Assembly (NCBI GenBank): GCA_965232265.1
Contig: CBDDPH010000002.1
Location: forward strand, 434,257 to 498,256
DNA from: Candidatus Latescibacterota bacterium
Lineage (GTDB): Bacteria > Latescibacterota > UBA2968
DNA: 64,000 nt
Direction: 5' to 3'
Position numbers and translations under genes: made by a program. Within the stretch, counting starts at the first letter, position 1, and each line of letters opens with the position of its first letter. This document shows positions 19,012-28,578 of the stretch, one piece after another. The notes under the pieces are model-generated. The model was not told where the DNA came from, did not search any database, and was given only the letters and a program-made list of their open reading frames with translations.

Positions 19012-19084
19012 GGAAGGACCTTTCAAGAAATCGGATAATTCAAAATTCAGACGCTATGAAGTGTACCAAAATAAGTGAGTTAAA

Positions 19085-21070
19085 TCAATACCATTTGTGA
19101 ACGGTGTGTCCCTGGGGCATGAACCAGATCGCATCTACGATGAGACCCAGAGCGGTTGATAGCACGTAAGCCACAAGCATGCCGACGAAAAACGGTTTTG
19201 AGCGGCGGTAAAAGGGTGCTCCGCCGATACGCAATAATGTGAATTTGATCAGCCAGGCGACAAAGATGGTGAAACTGGTGAGGCGGGCGAGCATGGTGCC
19301 CGATAGGGCGAGTCCGATGGGGTGCAGGGGCCACGATGTGAATTGGTAGCGCAAGAATAGCAGGGCATACATGGCAAATGCGCCGATCAGGAAAAAATAG
19401 TAGTCGATGACTTCCATGGGTTGCGGCGATACGATCGCGTTGACAGAATTTTGATAGCCGCCTACGCCAGCGCGAATGATGAGCCAGTTTGGCGAGAAAT
19501 TGTACCCGCCAATGCGATAGCCCAGCCAGATTGTAAAGAGGGTGGATGAGACGATGCCGACCACAAACGCCACGCAAAGGCCGCCAAAGAGGGGGCGTTT
19601 ATTGCCGGGGATGAAGTCGGACAGGCGGTTGAGATGCGTGCCCACGGAAAAGGTAAATCCGCGGAAGTGGTTGATGGCGACAGATGCGGGATAGAGCATG
19701 GCGTGTGTTGCCGCTGGAATGGCGCGGGCACCGCCCATGAGCGCGGTTGTCAGGGTCCAGGCTGAGGCCGGCGCATTTACGTAAATGAGGCCCGAGTCGG
19801 CGAGAATTTTCGATATGGCACCATAAGTCAAGAACATGGTTGGCAACAGGATGGCGATGACTTTCCACGCGATACCGGATGCGGATAGCCAGACCAGGAC
19901 ATAGGCGATTGAGACGGCGAGACAGCAGAAGGCTATGCGATAGGATATGAGTTCTCGGCTGTCGTCTATATGCGCGCTTTTGGGATAAAGCGCTTTTTGA
20001 AATGCCTGTTTCAGATGCGCCCGCGCAATCCATACCCACCACAGAGACAGGGCGACAAATGCGCCGGTTGTTTGCCAGGAATAGCGTTTGGTGGCATAGT
20101 AGCGGTGAAAGGCCGGTATGCCGAGTTGATCCAGGATACCGGATTCTACGGTGAACAGGAGATCGAAGAGCCACAGGCTGAGCAATACTTCCAAGCTCGC
20201 GAAATACGAAAAGCATATTCCCACTGTGCTTACAAATACCCACTGCGGCGGAAAGTTTCGGCCAATGGGTACCCAAGTGCCGCCGGCGGTTGGAAATTTT
20301 GGCAGCGCGGGATGAAACCACGCAATGATGTTCCAGACAAATATTACGCCCACCACGCCAAATCCGGTCCAAAACATCCGACCCTGCATAAATTCGGGCA
20401 AGTAGGTCCGCCCGGTGCCGGGCTGTGTGGTCAGTTCAACGATGGGTTCCATCGCGGGATAGACCAGTTTTTCGTGCTCTGCCCATTGTTTACGCATGAT
20501 GACCGAAGCACAAAAGCAGGCGAGTGCGACGGCACATACAAAGGTGAACCACCAGAAGAGGGGACCGATCCAGACGGACCATGGCACGGGCGCACCGGCG
20601 GGCAAGCCGTCGTAGAACCAGTTCATTGCACCGTCGCGATTGGACGGGATGATCCATTCGGGCAGGTACGGGTGCAAAAACTCTGCCCATCGGTTTTCGG
20701 GTGTAGAAAAATAATAAGGGGTTACGATGACGCCGACGAGATAGCCGCTTACGCCATAGGTGGGGCCGAGGGAACTGATAAAGCCCATAGAAAAAATTAC
20801 GAGCCATTCGCCCGAGGAAAAGGCAAAGGGTTTGCCAAACCACCGCGCGAGCACACCACACACAATCAAACACAATAGTGTGAGCATCAAATTGCCCATG
20901 GGCATGTGGCTATAGGCCATGAAGGAGCTGTGCAAGATGTATCGCACGACTGTTGCCAGTGCGCTGATTGCGACGACCAGCACAAGCCCGAAGATCAGCG
21001 ATCGGACTGTGACCCCTTTGTTCGCATGATCTGGCGAATTTGCGATTGGATATGTTTGTTCTGCGCTCAA
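19085..21070 (-). CDS. Uncharacterised polytopic membrane protein (~14 TM), paralog of 46847..48835
   Basis: Shares blocks TPENRW...PYLP...PSN; GLP.G...PW.VWIGP.FWW; ILRKQW.E.E.L.YP and C-terminal FMPQGHTVHKWY versus FPGGGHGVHGWA with the second copy. Confidence 0.5.
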   Translation of the reverse strand: MSAEQTYPIANSPDHANKGVTVRSLIFGLVLVVAISALATVVRYILHSSFMAYSHMPMGNLMLTLLCLIVCGVLARWFGKPFAFSSGEWLVIFSMGFISSLGPTYGVSGYLVGVIVTPYYFSTPENRWAEFLHPYLPEWIIPSNRDGAMNWFYDGLPAGAPVPWSVWIGPLFWWFTFVCAVALACFCASVIMRKQWAEHEKLVYPAMEPIVELTTQPGTGRTYLPEFMQGRMFWTGFGVVGVIFVWNIIAWFHPALPKFPTAGGTWVPIGRNFPPQWVFVSTVGICFSYFASLEVLLSLWLFDLLFTVESGILDQLGIPAFHRYYATKRYSWQTTGAFVALSLWWVWIARAHLKQAFQKALYPKSAHIDDSRELISYRIAFCCLAVSIAYVLVWLSASGIAWKVIAILLPTMFLTYGAISKILADSGLIYVNAPASAWTLTTALMGGARAIPAATHAMLYPASVAINHFRGFTFSVGTHLNRLSDFIPGNKRPLFGGLCVAFVVGIVSSTLFTIWLGYRIGGYNFSPNWLIIRAGVGGYQNSVNAIVSPQPMEVIDYYFFLIGAFAMYALLFLRYQFTSWPLHPIGLALSGTMLARLTSFTIFVAWLIKFTLLRIGGAPFYRRSKPFFVGMLVAYVLSTALGLIVDAIWFMPQGHTVHKWY

Positions 21071-21073
21071 TTC

Positions 21074-23440
21074 TTATCTCTTACCGATTCTGAATATCCC
21101 TTCCCGAACAGCGGTCTGGGTACTGTTGAGGTCTTTTACTGTCATGAGCAAGCGATACCGCCCGGGCTCAACGCGGCCGATATCGAGCGCGACGTAGTCG
21201 GCAGTCCAGAGGTCGCGGCCCGTTTGTTCGTATTGTACGGTGATGAGTTCCCCATCTCTTCGCCGTATTCTGGGTTGCGAGGCGAGTTCGCGTCCTTTTT
21301 CCGGGGCGACAGCAAAGGCGACCTGGTAGTGCGTTTGCCCAAAGGTGTCTCGCGTCAGGTTGTAAATTTCAAAATAGACGAAAATGGGCGTGCCCAGGAA
21401 AAAGGTGCGAGATGGCGATGTTGTGATGCGCCACCTGTCGCGCGCGGGCAGGGTATTGCTCTGCTCCTGAGGTGCGGAAGCAGGTTCTTCAATATGCTGT
21501 GCGATCTGTAGATCACTGAGCATTAAACTGTCACCTGAAAAATCGTGCAGGCGCACTTTTTCCCGATAATTGCCCAGTCGATTGGTGTTGACCCGCCACA
21601 TTTGTACGGCGAGGTCGTATTCTCCGGGGGATAGGGAAATGTCGATGCGGTCTCTGGCGATCAGGCTTTTTCCGCGGAGTCCGGGGGGAAGGGGTATGGC
21701 GACGTCTTCCCGCAGGCGTTTTGCGTCGCGGTTCTGATCATCTACGAGGGCGATGCGGCGTTCGACTACGACTGTGGTATCCGGGTCGCTGGACATTGCG
21801 ACTTCGTCTATTGGGAGGCCGATGTTGATCTGGAGGTCTGTTTTGTCGTTTTGTCCGCGGAAGGACAGGGCCTCGTAATAGAAGTTGAGGGGGTCGAGGT
21901 CGGATGTGTCGTAGCGTTCGGGTTTTTTCGCCGCCGCCGCTGCGACTTGTGATGCGGGTGAGAAGTCGTTCATCATTCGGAGGAATCTGAGCGGCGACCC
22001 GCGAGAAGCCACGTCATAAACGTCTTCTCTGTCGATGGTTGGGACGGGTGCATAGTTGTAGATATTCGTGTGCATTTCGTCGGTGAATACGACTTCTATG
22101 CCGTGGTTGATGTCGGGATATATCCACACTTCCCAGGGGACGCTGGAGAAATCGTTCCCGGCTGTGACGGGTTTCCAGCCGCGCAAGCCAAGGGTGCCGT
22201 CGTCTTCTTCGAGGGGGAGGTTGCTTTCGACATTTCGAAGCGCGATGCGGACGGGGAATACGGGTCCGGTGTAGGTGACGGTTGTGCCGGGACGGCCGTA
22301 GAGTTGAAATGCCAGTTTTTCCTGTATGCGTTGCACGGGGATCGGGACGCTGGCATTGGGTTCTCGCCAGGTGGAGCGGTAGTCCGGTTCCCCGTATCGG
22401 ATATAGACTTCGCCCCGCTGGTCAAAGGGGTATTTGTAACGCCCAAAGAAGGTCCGCGCATGCCAGACGCGACGATAGTGTTCCGCGCGTCTCTGGCTTC
22501 CTCCGGTTGTGCCAAAGGTATCTTTGCGGATCCAGAAGGCGTTCAGAAAAGCGTCCACACCTTCGTCTGAGGTCACGCGATACGATGCAATTTCTTCTGG
22601 CGTGGCGATCAGGGAGATGTCTTCATAGATTGCTCTTTCCCGCGCCGATAGGGTTTCCAGATATTTTTGAAATACGGATAGGGCGTCTTCGTAACGCCGC
22701 GAGGCCAATAGCACTTGCGCCAATAGCGGAAGTCTTCGCGCATCGGCCATGTGCGCGGCAATCTGGGTCACGATGTTGTAGCGTTTTTCGGCCAAAAATT
22801 CAAGGGCAAATTCAAGTGCGGGCGTTTCGTCCTGTGTGCCGTGTGACAGGTAGGTGTTATAGTGGGATAGTGCTTGAGGGGTATCGCCTTTTTTGCGATA
22901 AAGGCGCGCCAGTAGCAGGTGGGCGGCACCATAGCGGGGGTTGATTTGTAGTGCTTTGTTTGCCGCTTCTATTGCGTCTTTTTCTTTTCCGCGCGCCAGA
23001 AAGGTTCGGCCGAGGACTTCATAGCTTTCAGCGCGGTTGGAGTCGGCCTGTATCGCTTTTTCAAGGTGGGAGGTCGCGCGTTTGAATTTGTTGCGATATT
23101 CCAGAAGGACCCGTCCCATTCCCAGATGGGCGTCTGCCTGGTACGGGTCGTTTTTCAGCGATCGCTCAAATGCGGCTTCGGCGCTGTCGGGCAGTTGGAG
23201 TCGGAGATAGAGGTGGCCGATACGGGCGAGTATCAGGGTGGAGTCCGCAGAACTCGGTACGGCTTCTTTTAATGTGTCGATGGCTTCTCTGATCAGGGTT
23301 TTTCGCCCGAGTGCCTGGGCTTTGAGATAAAGGGCGTCCAAGTCTGGGTCTTCGGCAGCGGCAGGTCCAAATGGGATCAGACATAAAACACCGATACAAC
23401 ACATCCGCCACAAGAAGCTATTTATCTGAATATTTATCAT
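21074..23440 (-). CDS. Secreted TPR-repeat protein with C-terminal GWxTD domain
   Basis: Signal peptide, N-terminal TPRs, FWIRKD and KYPFDQRGEVYIRYGEPDYRS motifs (GWxTD-family signature), shared C-terminal block IFVYFEIYNLTRDTFGQTHYQV. Confidence 0.65.
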   Translation of the reverse strand: MINIQINSFLWRMCCIGVLCLIPFGPAAAEDPDLDALYLKAQALGRKTLIREAIDTLKEAVPSSADSTLILARIGHLYLRLQLPDSAEAAFERSLKNDPYQADAHLGMGRVLLEYRNKFKRATSHLEKAIQADSNRAESYEVLGRTFLARGKEKDAIEAANKALQINPRYGAAHLLLARLYRKKGDTPQALSHYNTYLSHGTQDETPALEFALEFLAEKRYNIVTQIAAHMADARRLPLLAQVLLASRRYEDALSVFQKYLETLSARERAIYEDISLIATPEEIASYRVTSDEGVDAFLNAFWIRKDTFGTTGGSQRRAEHYRRVWHARTFFGRYKYPFDQRGEVYIRYGEPDYRSTWREPNASVPIPVQRIQEKLAFQLYGRPGTTVTYTGPVFPVRIALRNVESNLPLEEDDGTLGLRGWKPVTAGNDFSSVPWEVWIYPDINHGIEVVFTDEMHTNIYNYAPVPTIDREDVYDVASRGSPLRFLRMMNDFSPASQVAAAAAKKPERYDTSDLDPLNFYYEALSFRGQNDKTDLQINIGLPIDEVAMSSDPDTTVVVERRIALVDDQNRDAKRLREDVAIPLPPGLRGKSLIARDRIDISLSPGEYDLAVQMWRVNTNRLGNYREKVRLHDFSGDSLMLSDLQIAQHIEEPASAPQEQSNTLPARDRWRITTSPSRTFFLGTPIFVYFEIYNLTRDTFGQTHYQVAFAVAPEKGRELASQPRIRRRDGELITVQYEQTGRDLWTADYVALDIGRVEPGRYRLLMTVKDLNSTQTAVREGIFRIGKR

Positions 23441-23494
23441 GGTCTCAGGTCACAAGGTGTGAAATCACAGTAGAGGCGGGTTTCAAACCCGCCT

Positions 23495-26400
23495 CTACTG
23501 CACGACAAAAAGGGCATTTTTGGAGGCGGTTTGTTCGCCGTTCAAATCGATTATCACGACTTCCAGCGCGTAGCGTCCCGGTTCGCGGTCGCCCAATTCC
23601 AGTTCTGTATAGACGGTTTCCAGGTTCATTGTTCCGACCTGCTCATAGCCCAATAACACTTTTTCTCGTTTGCCGCCGAGCGTTCTCACCAGGCGAGATA
23701 CGGCGCCGCCCACGCCTTTGCCTTTTGGCGCAATTGTGTATTCTACCTGGTATTTGGTTTGACCAAATTCATCGCGTTTCAGATTGTAGATTTCGTAATA
23801 GACAAAGATGCTCTGTCCCTTGGGATAGGTGCGCGTGGGCATGGGGACGACGTGTAACTCGCCTTTGCGGAATTTGTCCTGGGGACCGCCTTCTGCAATG
23901 CGCCAGGCGAGTTCCAGGTCGCTCACTTTCATTGAGCGGATCGGATATTTTTCCAATTCGATTATCTGGCGATACCGCCCCTGCCGCCCAGACAGACGGT
24001 CCTGTAGCTGTACTTCCAGCTTGTAATATCCCGGCGGGGCGTCCAAGCGCACGACGTCGGGGACAAACGCACCCTGTATGCCGGTTTGATCGCCCGCGTT
24101 GCGAAATCGCACATCGCCTGTGCGCCGATACACGTCTCCGGTCTGTTCGTTTAAGAGGGATACGGTTCGCTCCACGACCAGTTCGGTGGTGTTGTTTTCG
24201 GCAAAATACCGTCCCAGCGTGCGCGGGATCCCGGTATAGACTTCCAGCGCGCTCGCGTCATTGCGGGGACTCTGAAAATCCGCGAGGTCATAATAAAATT
24301 CCAGGGGGCGGGTGTTTTCTGGCGTGGCGTAATAATCCGGTGTTACCCGAGCGGCAAATTCGGCTACCCTTCGGGGATTGTACCTGTTGAGCAGGGCCAG
24401 TGTGCGGATGGGGATATTGGGATCCAGAGGCGCGGGCGCGTAGTCGAAATTGCCATTCATTGCTTCGTCGGTGAAGGTTATTTCAATGCCGCCGTTCACA
24501 TCGGTATAGACCCAGGTCTCCCACCGCACCATAGAGGCGTCTTCTGGGACGGAGACCGCGTTGAAATCCGGCTGGAGATCGAAAAATTCACTGCCCATAT
24601 TTCCGGCATTGACGACTGTATTTGCCAGCCGTTCAAAAGTGCTGATGTCCTCTCCGGTCTGGTCATCGCCTGTTGCCTGTGCCGAACGCACGGTGCGCTG
24701 CTCTTCGTCTCCCGCCTCGAGCCCCTGCTGCTCCCGTTCCTGTGACTGTTCAATAGCCTGTTGCATGGATGCGTCCTCAAGTCGCGCCCTGAGCGGGGTT
24801 GCGTCACTTAGTCTGGTTTGAAGTCCTCGTACGGGATATACCGGGCCAAAATAGGTCTGTTGCGCGGCTTCACCACCAAATAGCGTTTGTGCCACGCGCT
24901 CTTTTACACGTTGCACAGCGAGACTCTGATCCAAATTCAGCATGTTTGAGCGCGATCTGTAATCCGGTTCTCCGAATCGGATATAGACCTCGCCGCGCCG
25001 GTCAAAGGGCTTTTTCTTTTCTGAGAAATTTGTCAGGGCATACCATACCCGTCTGTAATGCTCCAGTTTGCGTTCATTGATCGCGGTGATCAAATTTGGA
25101 TCTTTGAGTGCCCAGAACTGTCGCAAAAATGAGGCACGCGCCGCTTCTGTGCCGAGGCTGTTGTATTCTTCCAGTTCTTCGGCGGATGCGAGGAATTGGA
25201 TGTCTTCGTATAGTGCGCGGTGTTGCGGATTGAGATGCGCCACATAGCGGGAAAAATAGGTCTGCGCCCAGTTCGGGCGCTTCAGCTCGAGACACGCCTG
25301 CGCCAAGATGGGCAGGGATGTTATTTCTTCGGGGTACTGGCGGATGTGGTTTTCCAGTAATTTGACAATGCGGTCAAAGTTTTTGCTTCGCAAATAGGCT
25401 TTCGAAAGCAGTTCTCTGCCTTCCGGGTCTTCGGGCGCGAGTGTTATGTAGCGGGCATAGGCCATAGCCGCCTGTTCATGGTCTTCTTCCTGCTCTTCCC
25501 ACCATTTGCCCAGCAGTTTGTAGGTCGGCGCGTAGGTCGGATCCATTGCGATGACGTGGTCGAGGTCGCGTTTGGTGTCGTATTCTTTGAGCTTATATCG
25601 CGTCTGTCCCATGTTGAAACGGGCATCGCGGTGGATATTGTATAGCTGCGATAGCCGTTCATCTGGGGGCCATTGCAAGGCTCTTCTGAAATAGCGGATG
25701 GCATTGTACAGGCCTTTGGGGCGATTTTGAAAGACGAGTCCCAGTCCGTTGTACGCTTCGGATAGACGGTGGTTGAGGTCAATGGCGCGTTCAAAAGCGT
25801 TTCGCGCACGGTCGTAATCCTCTACTTCTAAATAGGCATAGCCGAGGAGGCAATGGCCCAGTTCCAGTTCGGGTGCCACATGGGTGAGTGCGGTTAGTAT
25901 GGGTACGGCGAGGGTGTCGTTTTGCGATAGGAGGGTTTTGCCCATTTTCAGGAGTGAATCTATCTGTGTTTGTCCAATGGGGCGGTCTTGCACGCGGTAG
26001 TTTTCGGCGTGTCGAATCAGTTCTACGAGGCGATTGGGGTAGAAATAGCTGATAACAATAGCCTCACCCACAGCCGCATCGGGTCTGTAGAAATAGCTGA
26101 TGGGCCGCGTGTTGTCCCGGTCTGCGGGGGCGCGAAACAGGCGGGCGATGGCCCTGGGATCGGCTCGGGATTCCGCAACAGCCCATTTTTGAAGCGCGGA
26201 CAGTTGGTCGGGCATTTCCCCGCGGTGGTCGCGGCGATATGCGGTCAATAGTCTGGCGATTGCGGTGAGGTGGTCGCGGCAGACCCAGCGCGATCCGTTT
26301 TTTCGGATTTCTTGTGCGGCACTTTGAAATGTCTGCACATAGTCCTGCATGGGGGATTCGGACAGGCCGTTTTTCGCGGATTGCCTGGCCAGTATTTCAA

Positions 26401-26986
26401 AATGACGCGCTGCCTGTTTGTAATAATCAGCGGCTTGTTTGAACTCCCAGCGCGAGAGACTCAGTTGCGCCAGACGCACGGCGTTGAAGCCCGATATGAG
26501 ATCGGGCAAGGCGTTTTCTCCCAGGGCTGGCGCATCCGGTTTTAATCCTTTTATCGCTTTCTCGGTGGTCCAGATAATAGATTCCATATCCGGATCATCT
26601 ATCATGAGGATATCGCGTCCCGGCGATGTCAGTTCCCAGTATCGGGATGGGGCGAGGGAGATGGTGTGTCCCCTGTGCAAGATGTCGCCAGGTGCGGGCA
26701 ATACCAGGGGGATGGATTGGAAAACGATGGTTCCGGTTTCTGTTCTGCCCAGTTGACCGGGTCGCCCGGGGAAAATACCGAGACACTGTTCCCGTTCCGC
26801 ACCGTCGGTCCACACCTCTGTCAGTGCGATACCGCTCACCTCTCGAGAGTAGGTCCACACCTGACCGGTCGCGCCAGTGCGGAGGATTAAATCCTCCTGA
26901 GCGTCTGCAGTACTCCAGAGCGCGATAGCTATGAGCAATGCGTATCTGACTGTTGGTGAAGTGAACACGGTATTCTCCTGATGCAT
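23495..26986 (-). CDS. Secreted TPR-repeat protein with GWxTD domain (longer paralog of 21074..23440)
   Basis: FWALKDP plus KKKPFDRRGEVYIRFGEPDYRS; C-terminal IFVYYEIYNLKRDEFGQTKYQV; extra ~400-aa N-terminal region. Confidence 0.65.
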   Translation of the reverse strand: MHQENTVFTSPTVRYALLIAIALWSTADAQEDLILRTGATGQVWTYSREVSGIALTEVWTDGAEREQCLGIFPGRPGQLGRTETGTIVFQSIPLVLPAPGDILHRGHTISLAPSRYWELTSPGRDILMIDDPDMESIIWTTEKAIKGLKPDAPALGENALPDLISGFNAVRLAQLSLSRWEFKQAADYYKQAARHFEILARQSAKNGLSESPMQDYVQTFQSAAQEIRKNGSRWVCRDHLTAIARLLTAYRRDHRGEMPDQLSALQKWAVAESRADPRAIARLFRAPADRDNTRPISYFYRPDAAVGEAIVISYFYPNRLVELIRHAENYRVQDRPIGQTQIDSLLKMGKTLLSQNDTLAVPILTALTHVAPELELGHCLLGYAYLEVEDYDRARNAFERAIDLNHRLSEAYNGLGLVFQNRPKGLYNAIRYFRRALQWPPDERLSQLYNIHRDARFNMGQTRYKLKEYDTKRDLDHVIAMDPTYAPTYKLLGKWWEEQEEDHEQAAMAYARYITLAPEDPEGRELLSKAYLRSKNFDRIVKLLENHIRQYPEEITSLPILAQACLELKRPNWAQTYFSRYVAHLNPQHRALYEDIQFLASAEELEEYNSLGTEAARASFLRQFWALKDPNLITAINERKLEHYRRVWYALTNFSEKKKPFDRRGEVYIRFGEPDYRSRSNMLNLDQSLAVQRVKERVAQTLFGGEAAQQTYFGPVYPVRGLQTRLSDATPLRARLEDASMQQAIEQSQEREQQGLEAGDEEQRTVRSAQATGDDQTGEDISTFERLANTVVNAGNMGSEFFDLQPDFNAVSVPEDASMVRWETWVYTDVNGGIEITFTDEAMNGNFDYAPAPLDPNIPIRTLALLNRYNPRRVAEFAARVTPDYYATPENTRPLEFYYDLADFQSPRNDASALEVYTGIPRTLGRYFAENNTTELVVERTVSLLNEQTGDVYRRTGDVRFRNAGDQTGIQGAFVPDVVRLDAPPGYYKLEVQLQDRLSGRQGRYRQIIELEKYPIRSMKVSDLELAWRIAEGGPQDKFRKGELHVVPMPTRTYPKGQSIFVYYEIYNLKRDEFGQTKYQVEYTIAPKGKGVGGAVSRLVRTLGGKREKVLLGYEQVGTMNLETVYTELELGDREPGRYALEVVIIDLNGEQTASKNALFVVQ

Positions 26987-27144
26987 CGTGACCCCTCCCC
27001 CGGCCCCTCCCAGATGCGGGGAGGGGAGACCTGGTTGCCCCCTTCCTCATAGGCACAGGCGAAGCCTACAACGAAGCGGTAGGTGTACAACTGGCCGCCA
27101 GGCCAGTTCACCGAGTAACGGAGTTAGGGGGGTAGGTCCCGTTT

Positions 27145-28563
27145 TCAATGCAGTTTGCGAAACGCAGTCCAGCATACGCGCAATAGCAAAAAGCCGTGCC
27201 GAAAGCGGTGGATCTGTGTGCTTCCGTACACCCGATCCCGATAGCGCACGGGAACTTCTACGATTTTGCGAACGAGTTTGGACGCGCCGAGGAGGAGGTC
27301 GAAGTCGCCAAAGGGATCGAAATCGCATACATCGCCACGCGCTCGGGCCAATTTTTTGTAGTCCGAGGCAAACAGGACTTTGGTACCGCACAGGGTATCT
27401 ACAATGCGTTGCCCCAACAGGCAGCTCAATACCCAGCCGAAAAACCGATTGCCCAGAAGGTTCAGGAATCGCATGGCCTGTTGTTCCATGGGATACACGA
27501 GGCGAGACCCAACGGCGAGGTCGGCGCGGCCTGATATCAGGGCGTCGAAGAATTTGGGCAAGTCCTCTGGCGCCACGGTCAGATCGCCGTCCAAGATCAT
27601 CAATATGTCGCCTCTGGCTGCGGCGAATCCCTGCCGTACAGCGTCTCCTTTGCCCGTTCCGGTTTGCCGAATTAGACGGATGTCTGTTCCGCTATACACG
27701 TCCAGGCATCGCTCGACTTCTTTGGCGGTGCCATCCGTCGAGTTTCCCACCACAAAGATCAATTCTGTATGTGCGCCCATCACAGGTGTGCGTGCTATTG
27801 CCGCTTCTACTGTGCCGCGCTCGTTTTTGCAGGGGATAATGACCGAGCAAGTGACTGCGGATGCTTCCCGTGCGGGAAAGACGGGACGCGCGACAAGTGT
27901 TTGTATGAGACACAGGCGTCTCAGTCCTGGCACTCTCGCCAAGAAGCGATTTGCAAACGATGCGAGAAGGGGTACACGACGGGGCAAAAACAGGCGGCTT
28001 TCTCGTCGTATTTCTTCAAAGTTTGATAGATAAAGTAAATTCTGAATATCCCGGTGTGTCAACCAGTTTTGCACGGGTTCGGGCATTTTTAAGCGAAATA
28101 TTTCCGCGGTTTTTAGCAGGGGTTTCCACAGGGGATTGTAGTGTGTAATCAGGACGCGGGAGCCGGGGAGTACGACTTTCCACAGTTCGCTGAATACGCG
28201 CTGGATGTCCGGCAAAAAACCCAGCAGGTCCGATAAGATGATCCACTCGAATCGCTCCCCTTCGGGTAAATTCTCCGCGCGTCCCACGCGAAATCTTAGG
28301 TCGGGATATTTTTTGCGCGCGCGTTTTATCATTGCTTCGCTGAAGTCAATGCCGAGTCCCCGCCCCGGTTTCAGGCCCGCGAGCAGGTCGCCGGTGCCGC
28401 ATCCTATGACCAGGACGGACGATCCTTCGGGTATCGCGCAACGGCAAAATCGCAAGACTTCTTCGTGATAGGTGCGGTTGCGCCTGCGCCAACGGTCCCG
28501 GTTTTCGGCGGCTTCGTCAAAAAATTTCCGAATGACTCGGCTATCTGGAAGGGGCGTTTTCAT
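27145..28563 (-). CDS. Bifunctional class I SAM-dependent methyltransferase / family-2 glycosyltransferase (dolichyl-phosphate-sugar synthase-like)
   Basis: N-terminal VLVIGCGTGDL (MT motif I); C-terminal CSVIIPCKNE...DGD...(GT-A/GT2). Confidence 0.7.
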   Translation of the reverse strand: MKTPLPDSRVIRKFFDEAAENRDRWRRRNRTYHEEVLRFCRCAIPEGSSVLVIGCGTGDLLAGLKPGRGLGIDFSEAMIKRARKKYPDLRFRVGRAENLPEGERFEWIILSDLLGFLPDIQRVFSELWKVVLPGSRVLITHYNPLWKPLLKTAEIFRLKMPEPVQNWLTHRDIQNLLYLSNFEEIRRESRLFLPRRVPLLASFANRFLARVPGLRRLCLIQTLVARPVFPAREASAVTCSVIIPCKNERGTVEAAIARTPVMGAHTELIFVVGNSTDGTAKEVERCLDVYSGTDIRLIRQTGTGKGDAVRQGFAAARGDILMILDGDLTVAPEDLPKFFDALISGRADLAVGSRLVYPMEQQAMRFLNLLGNRFFGWVLSCLLGQRIVDTLCGTKVLFASDYKKLARARGDVCDFDPFGDFDLLLGASKLVRKIVEVPVRYRDRVYGSTQIHRFRHGFLLLRVCWTAFRKLH

Positions 28564-28578
28564 GTTAGTGGATAGTGG

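Noticed and set aside
19027-19084. TTG at 19026 as the start of the FtsX-fusion gene
   Set aside because: The ORF track starts at TTG, but an in-frame ATG five codons downstream (19011) immediately precedes the hydrophobic signal/anchor (MSRRIGWLALIGVAVFG). Preferred the ATG.
23371-24390. 339-aa plus-strand ORF and 26988..27839 (283 aa) plus-strand ORF
   Set aside because: Both are Arg/Pro/Cys-rich reverse-strand shadows of the GWxTD and MT/GT2 genes. No start context or motifs.
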